Positions 37,852 to 48,437 of a stretch of DNA of 64,000 bases are shown here, piece after piece. The notes beneath the pieces are model-generated. The model ran no database searches. It was not told the DNA's origin and saw nothing but the letters and a program-made list of their open reading frames with translations. The stretch spans positions 3,235 through 67,234 of the forward strand of contig JADFQJ010000010.1 in the NCBI GenBank assembly GCA_022561875.1. The letters are read 5' to 3'. How positions within the stretch are numbered: the stretch's first letter is position 1; the number at the start of each line of letters is the position of its first letter. The translations under genes and the position numbers were made by a program. The DNA comes from Bacteroidota bacterium. GTDB lineage: Bacteria; Bacteroidota; Bacteroidia; Bacteroidales; VadinHA17.

Positions 37852-39228
37852 ATGACATTGATAAAATCCATTTCAGGAATTCGTGGAACAATTGGGGGAA
37901 AATCCGGTGAGGGATTAAGTCCATTGGATATTGTAAAGTTTACTGCTGCTTTCGGTACCTGGATTACTGAGGGGTCTGATAAACAAAGAATCAGCATGGT
38001 TGTGGGCAGGGATGCCAGGATATCGGGCGAGATGGTAAATCATTTGGTTAACGGAACCTTGATTGCACTTGGTATTGATGTGGTAAATATTGGAATGGCA
38101 ACCACTCCGACTGTTGAATTGGCGGTTCAGGCAGAAAATGCAGATGGAGGTATTATCCTTACCGCCAGCCATAACCCGGGACAATGGAATGCGCTGAAGC
38201 TATTAAATAATGAGGGTGAGTTTATTACTGCCGGGGATGGGGTTGAAGTTATGGAGCTTGCAGATAAAGAAAAATTTGAATTTTCTCAGGCAGATCAGTT
38301 AGGAAAAATCACGACAAATAATTTTACCGACTTTCATATTGACAAAGTTCTGAAACTTGAGCTAGTGGATACGAAATCGATAAGGAATGCCGGACTAAAA
38401 ATCGTTGTGGATTGTGTAAACTCTGTTGGAGGCATAGTGATACCTGAGTTATTAAAAGCGTTGGGTGTAAAAGAAGTTGTTGAATTGTATTGCTCACCAA
38501 CAGGTATTTTCCCTCATTATCCTGAGCCGGCGCCGGAAAACCTGACTGCAATTTCTGAGAAAGTAAACAACACAGGCAGTGACCTCGGATTTGCAGTTGA
38601 CCCTGATGTTGACCGTCTTGCTATTATTGATGAGAATGGCATGATGTTTGGCGAAGAATATACACTGGTGGCCGTTGCTGATTATATTCTTAATCATAAA
38701 AAAGGGAATACTGTTTCAAACCTTTCTTCCAGCATGGCTCTGAAAGATATAACAGAACAATACGGAGGTGAGTATTTTGCTTCAGCTGTTGGTGAGGTCA
38801 ATGTTGTTAAGGTAATGAAAGAACAAAATGCCGTTATAGGAGGGGAGGGGAACGGGGGAGTGATATATCCTGATTTACATTATGGCAGAGATGCTTTGGT
38901 GGGTATAGGCTTGTTCTTATCACATCTTGCGAAGTCGGGGAAATCATGTTCTTCCCTGAAGGCTCTCTATCCTGATTATCATATATTAAAAAGAAAGATA
39001 CAACTAACGCCTGAAATAAATATTGATAAGCTATTTGAAGACCTGGGCTCTGATTATAAGGAATTTCCCATGAACTTTGTTGACGGAGTTCGAATTGACT
39101 TTCCCAACGGATGGGTTCATCTGAGAAAATCTAATACCGAACCAATTATCAGGATAATTGCCGAAGGTAAAACAGTTGAGGATGCCCGGAAGTTATCAGA
39201 TATACTGATGAACCGGATCGATATATAA
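37852..39228 (+). CDS. glmM: Phosphoglucosamine mutase (alpha-D-phosphohexomutase family)
   Basis: 458 aa. The phosphoserine loop is TASHNPGQWNALK, the metal loop is GFAVDPDVDRL, and the sugar loop is GGEGNGG. Confidence 0.85.
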   Translation: MTLIKSISGIRGTIGGKSGEGLSPLDIVKFTAAFGTWITEGSDKQRISMVVGRDARISGEMVNHLVNGTLIALGIDVVNIGMATTPTVELAVQAENADGGIILTASHNPGQWNALKLLNNEGEFITAGDGVEVMELADKEKFEFSQADQLGKITTNNFTDFHIDKVLKLELVDTKSIRNAGLKIVVDCVNSVGGIVIPELLKALGVKEVVELYCSPTGIFPHYPEPAPENLTAISEKVNNTGSDLGFAVDPDVDRLAIIDENGMMFGEEYTLVAVADYILNHKKGNTVSNLSSSMALKDITEQYGGEYFASAVGEVNVVKVMKEQNAVIGGEGNGGVIYPDLHYGRDALVGIGLFLSHLAKSGKSCSSLKALYPDYHILKRKIQLTPEINIDKLFEDLGSDYKEFPMNFVDGVRIDFPNGWVHLRKSNTEPIIRIIAEGKTVEDARKLSDILMNRIDI

Positions 39229-39390
39229 TTATTATTTTCTTTTTGGGAATAATATGTGTTTTTCAATTGTCAGATATATTTTAGGGTTGTTAAAAATTGT
39301 TAAATAATAAGAAACTTAATGAATCGTTCTTATATTTCGTGGGTTTGATTTTGAATTTCATTATTCACAGTTCATAATTTATTCATACAA

Positions 39391-40800
39391 ATGAAAAAAC
39401 TTATTTTTATTTCTATTGGAATATTAGCAGTTCTGATCATTTCAATTATAATCTTTAATAAGGTAACAGGCGGTGAAAGTTCTGAATACCTAAAGGTGGA
39501 AGTGAAACGTGGTAAGTTTGAGATATTGGTTACAACTACAGGAGAACTGCAGGCTGAAAATTCTGAAGATATTATGGCGCCGCAAAAACTCAGAACCAGT
39601 CGTCATCTGCGATTCGGACAGATCAAGATCCAGGACCTGATCCCGGAAGGAACTGTTGTAAAAAAAGGAGAATATGTGGCAACACTCGACCGGTCAGATG
39701 CTCTGAACAAGCTTAAAGATATTGAGGATGAGTTGGAAAAAATGAAATCATCTTATACCAGAACCAAGCTTGACACTACAATTCAACTCCGGAATCTTCG
39801 TAATGAAATAATTAACCTTGAATTTGCCGTAGAAGAAAAAGAAATAATACTTGAGCAATCAAAATTTGAACCGCCGGCAACTATCCGGCAGGCAAAGATC
39901 GATCTCGACAAAGCTCAACGGGCTTTCGTGCAGGCTACGAAAAACTATACACTCAAAGTACAGCAAGCCGAAGCTGACATGCGCGAAGCAGAGATAAATC
40001 TTTCAAAAGAGCAGAGAAGCAAGGATGAAATGCAGGGCATAATTGATAAGTTTGTGATTCATGCCCCATCACCGGGAATGGTGATCTATAAAAAAGAATG
40101 GGGAGGCAAAAAAAGAGAAGTAGGTTCAATGATAAGCCCCTGGGATCTTACCGTGGCAACCCTGCCCGATCTTTCTTCCATGATATCCAAAACATATGTT
40201 AACGAAATAGATATCAGTAAAATTAAAACCGGCCAGAATGTCAGGATAGGAGTAGATGCTTTTCCCGAAAGGGAATACACCGGCATAATAACAGATGTTG
40301 CGAATATCGGTGAACAATTACCTAATACTGATGCCAAAGTATTCGAGGTTACTATTCAGATCAATGAATCTGACCCAATTCTAAGACCATCCATGACAAC
40401 CAGTAACATGATAATTACCGCCACCTTTGAAGATACATTGTTTGTCCCGCTCGAGACTATCCAGTCAGATGACAGTATTCCTTTTATTTATACAACCAAA
40501 GGCGTTAAACAAATTGTGGTTCTTGGTCCCTCAAATGAGAATGAGGTGATCATTGAGCATGGCCTTAAGGAAGGTAATGAGATTTACCTTAATATTCCTG
40601 ATGATAAAGATAATTTTAAGCTTCGGGGAGAGGATCTTGTTGAGATAATTGAAAAGAAAAAAGAACAGAAAAGGCAGGAGGAAAAAGCCCGGAAGGCTGA
40701 GAATGAAAAGCAATTGAAGATGAATGACAGGAAGAGGCAGTTTGAGGAATTCGGAAGAAGAATGTCAAAAGAACAGATAGAGAAAAAAGAAGTTAAATAA
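39391..40800 (+). CDS. Efflux transporter periplasmic adaptor (HlyD/MacA family)
   Basis: 469 aa. It has an N-terminal anchor, a long coiled-coil segment, a beta-barrel region and a Lys/Glu-rich tail. It is followed by permease and TolC-like genes. Confidence 0.8.
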   Translation: MKKLIFISIGILAVLIISIIIFNKVTGGESSEYLKVEVKRGKFEILVTTTGELQAENSEDIMAPQKLRTSRHLRFGQIKIQDLIPEGTVVKKGEYVATLDRSDALNKLKDIEDELEKMKSSYTRTKLDTTIQLRNLRNEIINLEFAVEEKEIILEQSKFEPPATIRQAKIDLDKAQRAFVQATKNYTLKVQQAEADMREAEINLSKEQRSKDEMQGIIDKFVIHAPSPGMVIYKKEWGGKKREVGSMISPWDLTVATLPDLSSMISKTYVNEIDISKIKTGQNVRIGVDAFPEREYTGIITDVANIGEQLPNTDAKVFEVTIQINESDPILRPSMTTSNMIITATFEDTLFVPLETIQSDDSIPFIYTTKGVKQIVVLGPSNENEVIIEHGLKEGNEIYLNIPDDKDNFKLRGEDLVEIIEKKKEQKRQEEKARKAENEKQLKMNDRKRQFEEFGRRMSKEQIEKKEVK

Positions 40801-40845
40801 GCGGAAAGGAGGCGGTTCGATTTTGATAAAAACAAACATAAACTG

Positions 40846-42201
40846 ATGAAAAGATACTTTCATGATATAGTCATTGCCCTGGAATCAATCCTTGCCAACA
40901 AACTGAAATCTGTTCTGACTGCACTTGGTATTATATTCGGTGTGGCTGCTGTTATAAGTATGCTTGCAATTGGAAACGGGGCACAACAGGAGATACTTGA
41001 ACAGATAAAAATGGTGGGGGTAAATAATATTGTTATTAATCCTATTGTGCAGGACGAAAGCAGTAATGAAAACGGTAATGGAAAACAACAGCAGTCAAAG
41101 TTTTCAAGAGGATTGTCCCTTCTTGATGCAAAAGCCATAGAGAAAATTGTGCCTTCTGTTAAAATGATCAGCCCGGAGATCGTTCTTAATTCCTATGTGA
41201 TGCAAAAGGGAAGAAGATCGCCTGCAAAACTGATGGGTGTCTCAAACGATTATTTTGAACTTTTTAATCTGGAACTGGCCTCAGGTACTTTCTTTAATGA
41301 TTATCATGAAGAACATGGTATACAAGTGTGTGTTATCGGGGCGAACATTAAATCAAAATTTTTCAGCGATGAAACCCCTGTAAATAAGTATATTAAGTTC
41401 GGTAATATATGGTTAAAAGTGATTGGAGTGCTGGAGAGAGGAATTTTTAGCCTGACAGCATATGAAAACACAGGTATAAATGTTTATAATGATAATATTT
41501 ATATCCCGGTAAAAACAATGCTTTTGAGATATCAAAACAGAGCCCTTGTAAATTCAAAAATGTTCGTAGGATCAAGGCCAATCATGATGAGAAGATACGG
41601 TTTTATGTCGATAAGAAGCAGTAACCCGAGTACAAACACATATTCTAATTATAATCAACTGGATAAGATCATTGTCCAGGTTGAAGAAACCGAACAATTG
41701 AAGTCAACTACCGAAGTGCTTGGTCGCATGATCCTCAGACGACATTCGGAAGTTAAGGATTTTGAAATAATTGTTCCGGAGCTTTTATTGAAACAGCAGC
41801 AGAGAACTAAAGATGTTTTTAACATAGTTCTCGGCGCCATAGCAAGTATATCCCTGGTAGTGGGAGGAATAGGTATTATGAATATTATGTTTGCCTCGGT
41901 GATGGAGAGGATCAAGGAAATAGGCACACGGATGGCCATTGGGGCGAAAAAAATGGATATTACCGTTCAGTTCCTGTCTGAGGCTATTATGATTAGTATT
42001 ACAGGAGGTGTTATTGGAATAGTGTTTGGGGTTGTGCTTGCTAAACTTATCAATCAATTTGCTGATATTCTGACCATTATTTCGCCATTTTCAATTATTG
42101 TTGCTTTCGGTGTGTCAGTAGCTGTTGGTGTGATATTTGGATATGCACCGGCAAAAAGAGCCGCTGAGAAAGATCCGATTGAATCATTACGTTACGAATA
42201 A
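40846..42201 (+). CDS. ABC transporter permease (MacB-like periplasmic domain plus FtsX domain), no ATPase domain
   Basis: 451 aa. The first TM is LTALGIIFGVAAVISMLAIG, followed by a periplasmic domain of about 270 aa and three C-terminal TMs. It ends AAEKDPIESLRYE. Confidence 0.85.
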   Translation: MKRYFHDIVIALESILANKLKSVLTALGIIFGVAAVISMLAIGNGAQQEILEQIKMVGVNNIVINPIVQDESSNENGNGKQQQSKFSRGLSLLDAKAIEKIVPSVKMISPEIVLNSYVMQKGRRSPAKLMGVSNDYFELFNLELASGTFFNDYHEEHGIQVCVIGANIKSKFFSDETPVNKYIKFGNIWLKVIGVLERGIFSLTAYENTGINVYNDNIYIPVKTMLLRYQNRALVNSKMFVGSRPIMMRRYGFMSIRSSNPSTNTYSNYNQLDKIIVQVEETEQLKSTTEVLGRMILRRHSEVKDFEIIVPELLLKQQQRTKDVFNIVLGAIASISLVVGGIGIMNIMFASVMERIKEIGTRMAIGAKKMDITVQFLSEAIMISITGGVIGIVFGVVLAKLINQFADILTIISPFSIIVAFGVSVAVGVIFGYAPAKRAAEKDPIESLRYE

Positions 42202-42213
42202 AGTCATACAAAC

Positions 42214-43692
42214 ATGAGTAAAAAAATAGTTTTATTCTTATTTATCTTAACATGTTTTTTACCTCTGTTTCCACAAGAGGTTAAAATGCTGACGCTAAAC
42301 GAGATACTGAAACTGGCCAGGAGCCAGTCCCCGGATGCAATAATGGCTAAGCACAGTTTTCGTGCGAAATACTGGGAATTTCGAACATATGTTGCAAAAT
42401 ACCGTCCTTCACTTACTCTTTCAGGGACATTGCCTAATTATAGTCGCCTTTTTGAGAAAGAATTCGATTTTAGTACCGGTCAGGAACAATATGTTGAAAA
42501 GAATACCAATAGTTCAACTTTGAGCTTTTCATTATCGCAAAATATTGGACTAACCGGGGGAAGTATTTTTATGCAATCCGGTTTAACGCGGTTCGATGTT
42601 TTAGGAGATGATGGTAGGACACAATATATCTCAACACCTGTGAGCATAGGGCTCATACAGCCTATTTCAGGGTATAATAGTTTTAAATGGGAGAAAAAGA
42701 TTGAACCTTTGAAATATGAAGAGGCAAAGAAAGATTATCTCAACGATATTGAAGATGTACATTTGAAAGGTGTAAACCTGTTTTTTAATCTGGTTCTGGC
42801 ACAACAAAACCTTGAAATATCGGAGGTTAATTATTCAAACTCTGATACCTTGTTCAGAATAGCACAGGGAAGATATATGATAGGAACCATAGCGGAAGAT
42901 GAACTGCTGCAGATGGAACTTCGTTTTCTTAATTCCGGGAATGACCTTCGTAAAGCAGGTATCGATTTGCAGATAAGAGAATTTCAAATGCGTTCATTTC
43001 TTGGATTTAATGATAACATAAAAATAGCACTGGTAATCCCGGATGAAATATACGATCTTGAAGTTGATGTGCAAAAGGCTATTAACCAAGCCAATGAAAA
43101 CAATCCCGAACTTCTGTCACTGGAAAGGCAGCTTCTTGAAGCTGCAATGAGTGTTGCTGAAGCAAAATCTGAAAAAGGACTCAATGCCGATCTTTTTGCC
43201 ACGTATGGATTAACACAGAGATCCGAAGATTTTTCTGATGCTTATGTTAATCCCTTGTCACAGCAACGGGTACGCATAGGTATTGAACTACCCATTGTTG
43301 ACTGGGGGCTTGGCAAAGGCAGGTACATGATGGCAAAATCAAACCAGGAAGTAGTTAGAGTAACCGTTATGCAGGCCAGGGTGGATTTTGAGCAAAACAT
43401 TTTTCTTAATGTTGCTCAGTTTAACTTGCAGGACGACCAGCTTTATTCCGCAGCCAAAGCAGATACTATTGCCCGGAAACGCTATGAGGTTACAAAGCAA
43501 CGGTTCCTCATAGGAAAAATTGATGTTCTTGATCTGAATGTTGCTGATACGGAAAAAGATGTTGCGAAAAGGGAATATCTTTCCGTATTGCGTAACTACT
43601 GGACATATTTTTACACCATCAGACGTCTCACCCTGTATAATTTTGAAGATGATCTTCCACTGTCAGCCGACTTTGCAAACCTGGTTGATTAA
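42214..43692 (+). CDS. TolC-family outer membrane efflux protein
   Basis: 492 aa with a signal peptide. It contains two tandem OEP-type helical/beta repeats and is the third gene of the efflux triad. Confidence 0.8.
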   Translation: MSKKIVLFLFILTCFLPLFPQEVKMLTLNEILKLARSQSPDAIMAKHSFRAKYWEFRTYVAKYRPSLTLSGTLPNYSRLFEKEFDFSTGQEQYVEKNTNSSTLSFSLSQNIGLTGGSIFMQSGLTRFDVLGDDGRTQYISTPVSIGLIQPISGYNSFKWEKKIEPLKYEEAKKDYLNDIEDVHLKGVNLFFNLVLAQQNLEISEVNYSNSDTLFRIAQGRYMIGTIAEDELLQMELRFLNSGNDLRKAGIDLQIREFQMRSFLGFNDNIKIALVIPDEIYDLEVDVQKAINQANENNPELLSLERQLLEAAMSVAEAKSEKGLNADLFATYGLTQRSEDFSDAYVNPLSQQRVRIGIELPIVDWGLGKGRYMMAKSNQEVVRVTVMQARVDFEQNIFLNVAQFNLQDDQLYSAAKADTIARKRYEVTKQRFLIGKIDVLDLNVADTEKDVAKREYLSVLRNYWTYFYTIRRLTLYNFEDDLPLSADFANLVD

Positions 43693-43919
43693 TAACAAGT
43701 ATTAGCCTCAACCTTAACCTTCTTAATTACTTTGCGAAGCTATGTTCTAAGGTTAGACCGGTCTTATTGTTTATATTCTTTCATATCTGGTCGAAATTTT
43801 TAAAACTCTTGTGTTTTGAGAGAAACAGGTTGTAAAACATTTTGTAGTAAGGACATTTATGATTATATTGTGATTATGATATTGTCCTGAAATTTCAACC
43901 CATAAAATCTATAATAATT

Positions 43920-44855
43920 ATGAAAATAACTGTAATAGGCGCAGGAAATGTTGGCGCCACTTGTGCTGATGTAATGGCTCGTAAAGAGCTGGCAAACGAA
44001 ATTGTTCTTGTTGATATTATTGAGGGTATTGCTGAAGGGAAAGCTCTTGATATGTGGCAAACAGCCCCGGTTGATGGAACCGATACACGGGTTATTGGTG
44101 TAACTGATGATTATTCAAAAACAAAGGATTCTGAAATTATTGTGATCACTTCAGGAGTTCCCAGGAAACCGGGAATGTCAAGAGACGATCTGATCGGGAC
44201 AAATGCAAAAATTGTTAAAAGTGTCACTGAACAGGCTATTAAGTATTCACCCGATGCTATTATTATTGTAGTAGCTAATCCGCTGGATGTTATGACATAT
44301 ACTGCCAGTTTGGTTTCAAAGAAAGACCGGATGAAAGTGTTCGGTATGGCAGGTATCCTCGATACATCCAGGTTTAAAGCTTTTATTGCTGCCGAATTGA
44401 ATGTCTCAACACGGGATATACAGACATTATTGCTTGGCGGACACGGCGATACAATGGTGCCGTTGCCCGGTTATACAACTGTTAGTGGAATTCCTCTCAC
44501 TCAGTTTCTTAATAAAGAGAAGATTGAAGCAATTGTACAAAGAACCCGTGGTGGTGGTGGAGAGATTGTTAAACTTCAGGGAACTTCAGCATGGTATGCA
44601 CCGGCAGCAGCTGTTGCACAGATGGTTGAATCAATAGTTCGTGATCAACACAGAATCGTTCCTGTTTGTGTTGAATTGAATGGCGAATACGGGATGAAAG
44701 ATGTTTTCCTTGGAGTACCGGTTAAGCTTGGGAAAGAAGGTATTAAAGAAATAATCGAGATTGATCTTAACAAGGAAGAAATGGAACTGTTGACAGCATC
44801 TTCTGACGCAGTTAAAAATGTTATGGGAATTTTGGATAACATGAACCTGTTCTAA
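43920..44855 (+). CDS. mdh: Malate dehydrogenase (LDH-like MDH)
   Basis: 311 aa. Motifs are VIGAGNVG, SGVPRKPGMSRDDL and LLGGHGDTMVP. Confidence 0.93.
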   Translation: MKITVIGAGNVGATCADVMARKELANEIVLVDIIEGIAEGKALDMWQTAPVDGTDTRVIGVTDDYSKTKDSEIIVITSGVPRKPGMSRDDLIGTNAKIVKSVTEQAIKYSPDAIIIVVANPLDVMTYTASLVSKKDRMKVFGMAGILDTSRFKAFIAAELNVSTRDIQTLLLGGHGDTMVPLPGYTTVSGIPLTQFLNKEKIEAIVQRTRGGGGEIVKLQGTSAWYAPAAAVAQMVESIVRDQHRIVPVCVELNGEYGMKDVFLGVPVKLGKEGIKEIIEIDLNKEEMELLTASSDAVKNVMGILDNMNLF

Positions 44856-44886
44856 TAGATTTGAATTTGTTAAAATTTTAATGAAT

Positions 44887-44919
44887 AAAAAAAATGCCCC
44901 GGCCAGGGCATTTTTTTTA
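44887..44919 (+). terminator. Rho-independent terminator after mdh
   Basis: AAAAAAAATGCCC-CGGCCA-GGGCATTTTTTTT: an A-run, a stem and a T-run, so it is potentially bidirectional. Confidence 0.75.
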
Positions 44920-44920
44920 T

Positions 44921-44928
44921 TATCTTTG
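44921..44928 (+). promoter_or_regulatory. -7 box (TATCTTTG) for secDF
   Basis: Fits TAnnTTTG and lies 55 nt upstream of ATG 44983. Confidence 0.4.
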
Positions 44929-44982
44929 CGCAACTTTTACAAAGTGAAAAATTAATGCAAAACAGGAATAAAAACAATTGAT

Positions 44983-47900
44983 ATGCGTAACAGAGGAGCA
45001 ATTTTACTATTTGCCACTGCGTTAACATTAGTTACAATTTACCAGCTTTCTTTTACGGTAAGAAGCTATTTTGTAAAACAGGAAGCTATAGAATATGCCC
45101 GTGGTGATCTTGGAAAAGAAATTGAATACCTTGATTCGATAGCAGGACTGACTAAGGACGAATGGAGTTTTCTTGGGAATACCTTTAAAGAGGTACAGGA
45201 GAAAGAATTAAACCTGGGTCTGGACCTGAAAGGAGGAATGAGCGTTATCCTTGAGGTTTCTGTGATTGATGTTGTTAAAGCCTTATCTCAATATAGTAAA
45301 GATTCAACTTTTACCAGTGCCTTGCAACTTGCCCGGAATTATCAGAAAAACAGCCAGGAGGATTTCATAACTCTTTTTGGAAGGGCTTTTGAGGAGGTGG
45401 ATCCGAATGCCAGATTAGCTGCAATATTTGGAACGCTTGAATTAAAGGAGAAAATTGATTTTAACTCAACTAATAAGGAAGTCCTGAAAGTTCTGAAGGG
45501 TGAAATTCAGGTAGCTATTGATAACTCGTTCAATATACTGAGAAGCAGAATTGACCGGTTTGGAGTTGCCCAGCCAAATATAACCAAGCTTGAAACACAG
45601 GGAAGGATAATGATTGAATTGCCGGGTGTTAAGAATCCCGAAAGAGTTCGTAAACTGCTCCAGAGTACAGCACAATTGGAATTTTGGGAAACTTATGAAA
45701 ACTCTGAAGTTTATCCTTATCTGGTAGAAGCAAATAATATCCTTAAAGAAATTCAGAAGACCGTTAAGCCGGAAAAAGATGCCGGAAAAACTGAGGAATA
45801 TAGGGTTGATATTGAACCTGATCCCAAAACCGTAAAGGGTACTACTGCTGAAGAATCCCTGCTTGATATGATTGAAGCTAATACATTGGCTGAGACCGGA
45901 GAGCTCCAGGATATTGAACAGTTCAATATGCAGAATCCGTTATTTGCAGTGCTTTATCCGCATATCATTAACGGGCAACTTGTTCCGGGGAGCGTTATCG
46001 GGTATGCTCATTACAGGGATTCAGCCAAAGTGAATGAATTTCTCAGTATGAAGCAGATACGATCCGGCTTCCCAAGGGATTTGAAATTTTTCTGGTCTGT
46101 GGAGCCTTATAAATATGATGAAACACAATCTCTCTATGAACTTCATGGGATAAAGGTTACCACACGTGATGGAAAAGCCCCTCTGAATGGTGATGTAATT
46201 ACTTCGGCAAGAACATCGCAAAGTCAATACTCGGCAAACGTAGAGGTTAATATGTCAATGAATGCCGAAGGTGCAAAAATATGGGCAAGAATGACACGTG
46301 AGAATATTGATCGCTGCCTGGCGATTGTACTGGATGGTTATGTTCGTTCAGCCCCCAGAGTGTCAAATGAAATTAAAGGCGGAAGTTCCGAAATTACCGG
46401 CGACTTCACTATTGAAGAAGCTGAAGACCTGGCAAATATCCTGAAATCAGGTAAATTGCCGGCTCCTGCAAATATTATCCAGGAAGCAATAATCGGACCT
46501 TCCCTCGGTAAGGAAGCTATTAATTCAGGAATGAATTCTTTCCTCATCGCTTTTGTTGTGGTGTTGTTGTACATGGTTTTTTATTATAGCCGCAGAGCAG
46601 GATTGGTTGCTGATATTGCCCTGGTTATTAACATGTTCTTCCTTCTTGGGGTGCTGGCTTCACTCGGAGCTGTTCTCACTTTGCCGGGTATTGCAGGTAT
46701 CATTCTTACTATTGGTATATCTGTTGATGCCAATGTGTTGATATTTGAAAGAATAAGGGAAGAATTAAGAGCAGGCAAAGGTATTAAACTGGCTATTGCC
46801 GATGGTTACAAGAATGCATATTCAGCTATTATTGATGCAAACGTAACAACATTATTAACCGGGATAATACTCTATCTGTTTGGTACAGGACCCATCAAAG
46901 GTTTTGCCACTACCCTGGTGATTGGTATTCTGACATCACTGTTTTCAGCAATATTTATTACACGCCTGATTTTTCTCAAGGTGCTTTCAAGGAACAACCG
47001 GCTTACATTCTCTACAAAAATTTCTGAAGGAGCTTTTAAAAATACAAAGATTGATTTCCTCGGGATGCGTAAAGTATTCTATGTAATATCAGGAGTGCTC
47101 ATTATAATTGGAATTGTCTCTCTTTTTACCCGTGGATTAAATTCAGGTGTTGACTTTACAGGTGGTCGTTCCTATGTTGTAGAATTGAAACAGGAAGCCA
47201 ATATCGAGGAAATAAAAAACAATCTTGCCAAAAGTTTTGGCGAACCGCCCGGAGTTAAAATCTTCGGAAATGATCACCAGGTGAAAATAACTACCCAGTT
47301 TATGGTTGAAGATAAAAATGCGGGAGGTGAAGTAGAAGCAAAGTTATACGAAGGCTTAAAACCGATTATTGGAGATGATGTATCTTTGGATGAGTTCCTG
47401 TCTGATTACCGGCAGAGTTCACAAACAGTAGGACCAACCATTGCTGACGATATCAAGGTTCAGGCTGTTTGGGCAATCTTGCTTTCCCTTGTATTTATTT
47501 TCCTCTATATCCTTTTACGATTCAGGAACTGGCAATATGGTTTTGGAGCATTAGTAGCCCTTGTACATGATGCCCTCATTATTCTGGGGATCTTTTCCAT
47601 ATTTTACGGAGTGCTGCCTTTTTCGCTGGAAATCGACCAGGCTTTCATTGCAGCTATTCTTACTGTAGTGGGTTATTCTATTAACGATACCGTGGTTGTA
47701 TTTGACAGGATAAGGGAGTACATGGATATTTACCGTAAACGTGAGAGAGCAGAGATAATAAACAGAGCTTTGAACAGTACACTGAGCCGTACATTCAGTA
47801 CTTCGCTCAGTACCTTTGCAGTGCTGCTGACCGTTTTTATTTTCGGTGGTGAGGTAATCCGTGGTTTTGCATTTGCTCTTTTGATGGGTGTTGTAGTTGG

Positions 47901-47997
47901 TACTTATTCTTCACTGTTCATTGCAACCCCTATTGTATTTGATACCATTAGAAAAGCAGGCACTATCAGGGTTCTTAGGGGAAAGAAACATGCATAA
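44983..47997 (+). CDS. secDF: Protein translocase subunit SecDF (fused)
   Basis: 1004 aa. An N-terminal TM and a large periplasmic domain are followed by two 6-TM blocks. Motifs include LDLKGG, ILTIGISVDANVLIFERIRE and VGYSINDTVVVFDRIRE. Confidence 0.93.
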   Translation: MRNRGAILLFATALTLVTIYQLSFTVRSYFVKQEAIEYARGDLGKEIEYLDSIAGLTKDEWSFLGNTFKEVQEKELNLGLDLKGGMSVILEVSVIDVVKALSQYSKDSTFTSALQLARNYQKNSQEDFITLFGRAFEEVDPNARLAAIFGTLELKEKIDFNSTNKEVLKVLKGEIQVAIDNSFNILRSRIDRFGVAQPNITKLETQGRIMIELPGVKNPERVRKLLQSTAQLEFWETYENSEVYPYLVEANNILKEIQKTVKPEKDAGKTEEYRVDIEPDPKTVKGTTAEESLLDMIEANTLAETGELQDIEQFNMQNPLFAVLYPHIINGQLVPGSVIGYAHYRDSAKVNEFLSMKQIRSGFPRDLKFFWSVEPYKYDETQSLYELHGIKVTTRDGKAPLNGDVITSARTSQSQYSANVEVNMSMNAEGAKIWARMTRENIDRCLAIVLDGYVRSAPRVSNEIKGGSSEITGDFTIEEAEDLANILKSGKLPAPANIIQEAIIGPSLGKEAINSGMNSFLIAFVVVLLYMVFYYSRRAGLVADIALVINMFFLLGVLASLGAVLTLPGIAGIILTIGISVDANVLIFERIREELRAGKGIKLAIADGYKNAYSAIIDANVTTLLTGIILYLFGTGPIKGFATTLVIGILTSLFSAIFITRLIFLKVLSRNNRLTFSTKISEGAFKNTKIDFLGMRKVFYVISGVLIIIGIVSLFTRGLNSGVDFTGGRSYVVELKQEANIEEIKNNLAKSFGEPPGVKIFGNDHQVKITTQFMVEDKNAGGEVEAKLYEGLKPIIGDDVSLDEFLSDYRQSSQTVGPTIADDIKVQAVWAILLSLVFIFLYILLRFRNWQYGFGALVALVHDALIILGIFSIFYGVLPFSLEIDQAFIAAILTVVGYSINDTVVVFDRIREYMDIYRKRERAEIINRALNSTLSRTFSTSLSTFAVLLTVFIFGGEVIRGFAFALLMGVVVGTYSSLFIATPIVFDTIRKAGTIRVLRGKKHA

Positions 47998-48105
47998 AAA
48001 ACTTAAAAACCCTGATAAATATACCGGTTTTTCTTTTTTTTATTCAACTTTGTTAATTTAGCATTTAAGTTTTCAGAATTCGGTGTTGTTCGAAATAATT
48101 AATAA

Positions 48106-48333
48106 ATGAACCATTTACTATTCATTAGCGGACAGGAGATATTCATCGTTATGATCGTCGTTCTTTTACTCTTTGGCGCCAATAAAATTCCTGAAATTGC
48201 CAAAGGATTGGGAAAAGGAATGCGTGAATTCAGGAAAGCAACGGATGATATCAAGAAGGAAATTTCCAATCAGACCAAGGAAATCACAGATGATGTTAAA
48301 AAAATAAAAGACGACCTGACGAAAGAAAATTAA
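48106..48333 (+). CDS. tatA: Twin-arginine translocase TatA/TatE family subunit
   Basis: 75 aa. A TM is followed by an amphipathic helix: [32 protein letters not shown]. Confidence 0.85.
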   Translation: MNHLLFISGQEIFIVMIVVLLLFGANKIPEIAKGLGKGMREFRKATDDIKKEISNQTKEITDDVKKIKDDLTKEN

Positions 48334-48437
48334 TCCTGATCCCCGGCCAGGAAATTTCCTTTTTATTTCTAACATCTTTGAAACTCTTACATGAATGCGT
48401 TATTGCCTTTGTTTTAGCATAACAAATTTCAAATAGA

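Noticed and set aside
37707-37997. A 97-codon N-terminal extension of the pseudouridine synthase ORF (track 36900-37997) overlapping the glmM start
   Set aside because: The extension has no S4 or pseudouridine synthase similarity and would overlap glmM by 146 nt. A TATCTTTG -7 box lies inside it, 31 nt upstream of the internal ATG at 37706.
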